DNA of 34,986 bases from a virus (lineage: Duplodnaviria; Caudoviricetes), in the IMG/VR virus record IMGVR_UViG_3300037044_000046, positions 1 to 34,986 of that record. One strand, given 5' to 3'. Positions within the stretch are counted from its first letter, which is position 1, and every line of letters begins with the position of its first letter. The notes beneath the pieces were generated by a model. The model saw only the letters and a program-made list of their open reading frames with translations, did not search any database and was not told the DNA's origin. A program made the translations under genes and the position numbers. This document shows, one piece after another, positions 34,628 through 34,986 of the stretch.

Positions 34628-34986
34628 GCCCCGCAGGCCATGTACAAAACCAGGTTGCGCTCAACTGCGTCCCTGCCCAGACCATGATACAGGCGCAGGA
34701 AAAAACAGGGGGGTTGATGATCGCCAGTCTGCGGCCAAGCGCGGTTACGGGCATCGGTGGCGCAAACTCAGATTGATGTACCTGCGCCAGAACCCATTGT
34801 GTGTTGACCCATTTAATTTACATGGGGGGCAGGTAGTACCTGCTCAGCACGTTGATCACATCACACCCAAACGGTTAGGCGGAGCAGATGAATGGGACAA
34901 CCTGCAATCATTATGTCATTCATGCCACAGCAGGAAAACGGCCCTGGAGGGGGGGGTAAAATCCTCACAACCCGGTGCTGCTAGAC
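34617..34986 (+). CDS. Terminase-associated HNH endonuclease (HK97 gp74-like); spans the circular junction, stop at 127-129
   Basis: MP.RP.RPC.KPGC, SAAKRGYG.RWRKLR, VDHITP...GG.D.WDNLQSLCHSCHSRKT. Confidence 0.93.
   Translation, partial: MPHRPRRPCTKPGCAQLRPCPDHDTGAGKNRGVDDRQSAAKRGYGHRWRKLRLMYLRQNPLCVDPFNLHGGQVVPAQHVDHITPKRLGGADEWDNLQSLCHSCHSRKTALEGGVKSSQPGAAR
34857..34986. repeat. Terminal direct repeat, copy 2
   Basis: Matches 1-130 with one mismatch. Confidence 0.95.

Overview
An apparently complete ~34.86 kb HK97-type siphovirus genome. Bases 1-130 recur at 34857-34986 with one mismatch, so the contig closes as a circle. The + strand late arm runs from a promoter and leader at ~33311 through a holin-like gene, HNH, the cos region, terminases, a portal-MuF fusion, a head-appendage module with a 14x22-aa HxH repeat protein, protease, capsid, a GT2 glycosyltransferase, and neck and tail genes to 18434. 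The - strand early arm has an RHH regulator, a Xer-type tyrosine recombinase, membrane/HTH genes and a replication initiator with iterons plus a DnaC-like loader. The most striking feature is an integron-type gene-cassette array at ~22760-25170, with two intact attC sites, remnant sites and no IntI in the phage. Its two intact cassettes each carry a promoter with palindromic operator, a small very acidic protein and a ribbon-helix-helix protein, an acr-aca-like layout. Next to it lies an ibrA-GNAT-ibrB block bounded by SNF2-helicase and methyltransferase remnants. No endolysin or CI repressor was recognised. All calls come from motif reading without database searches.
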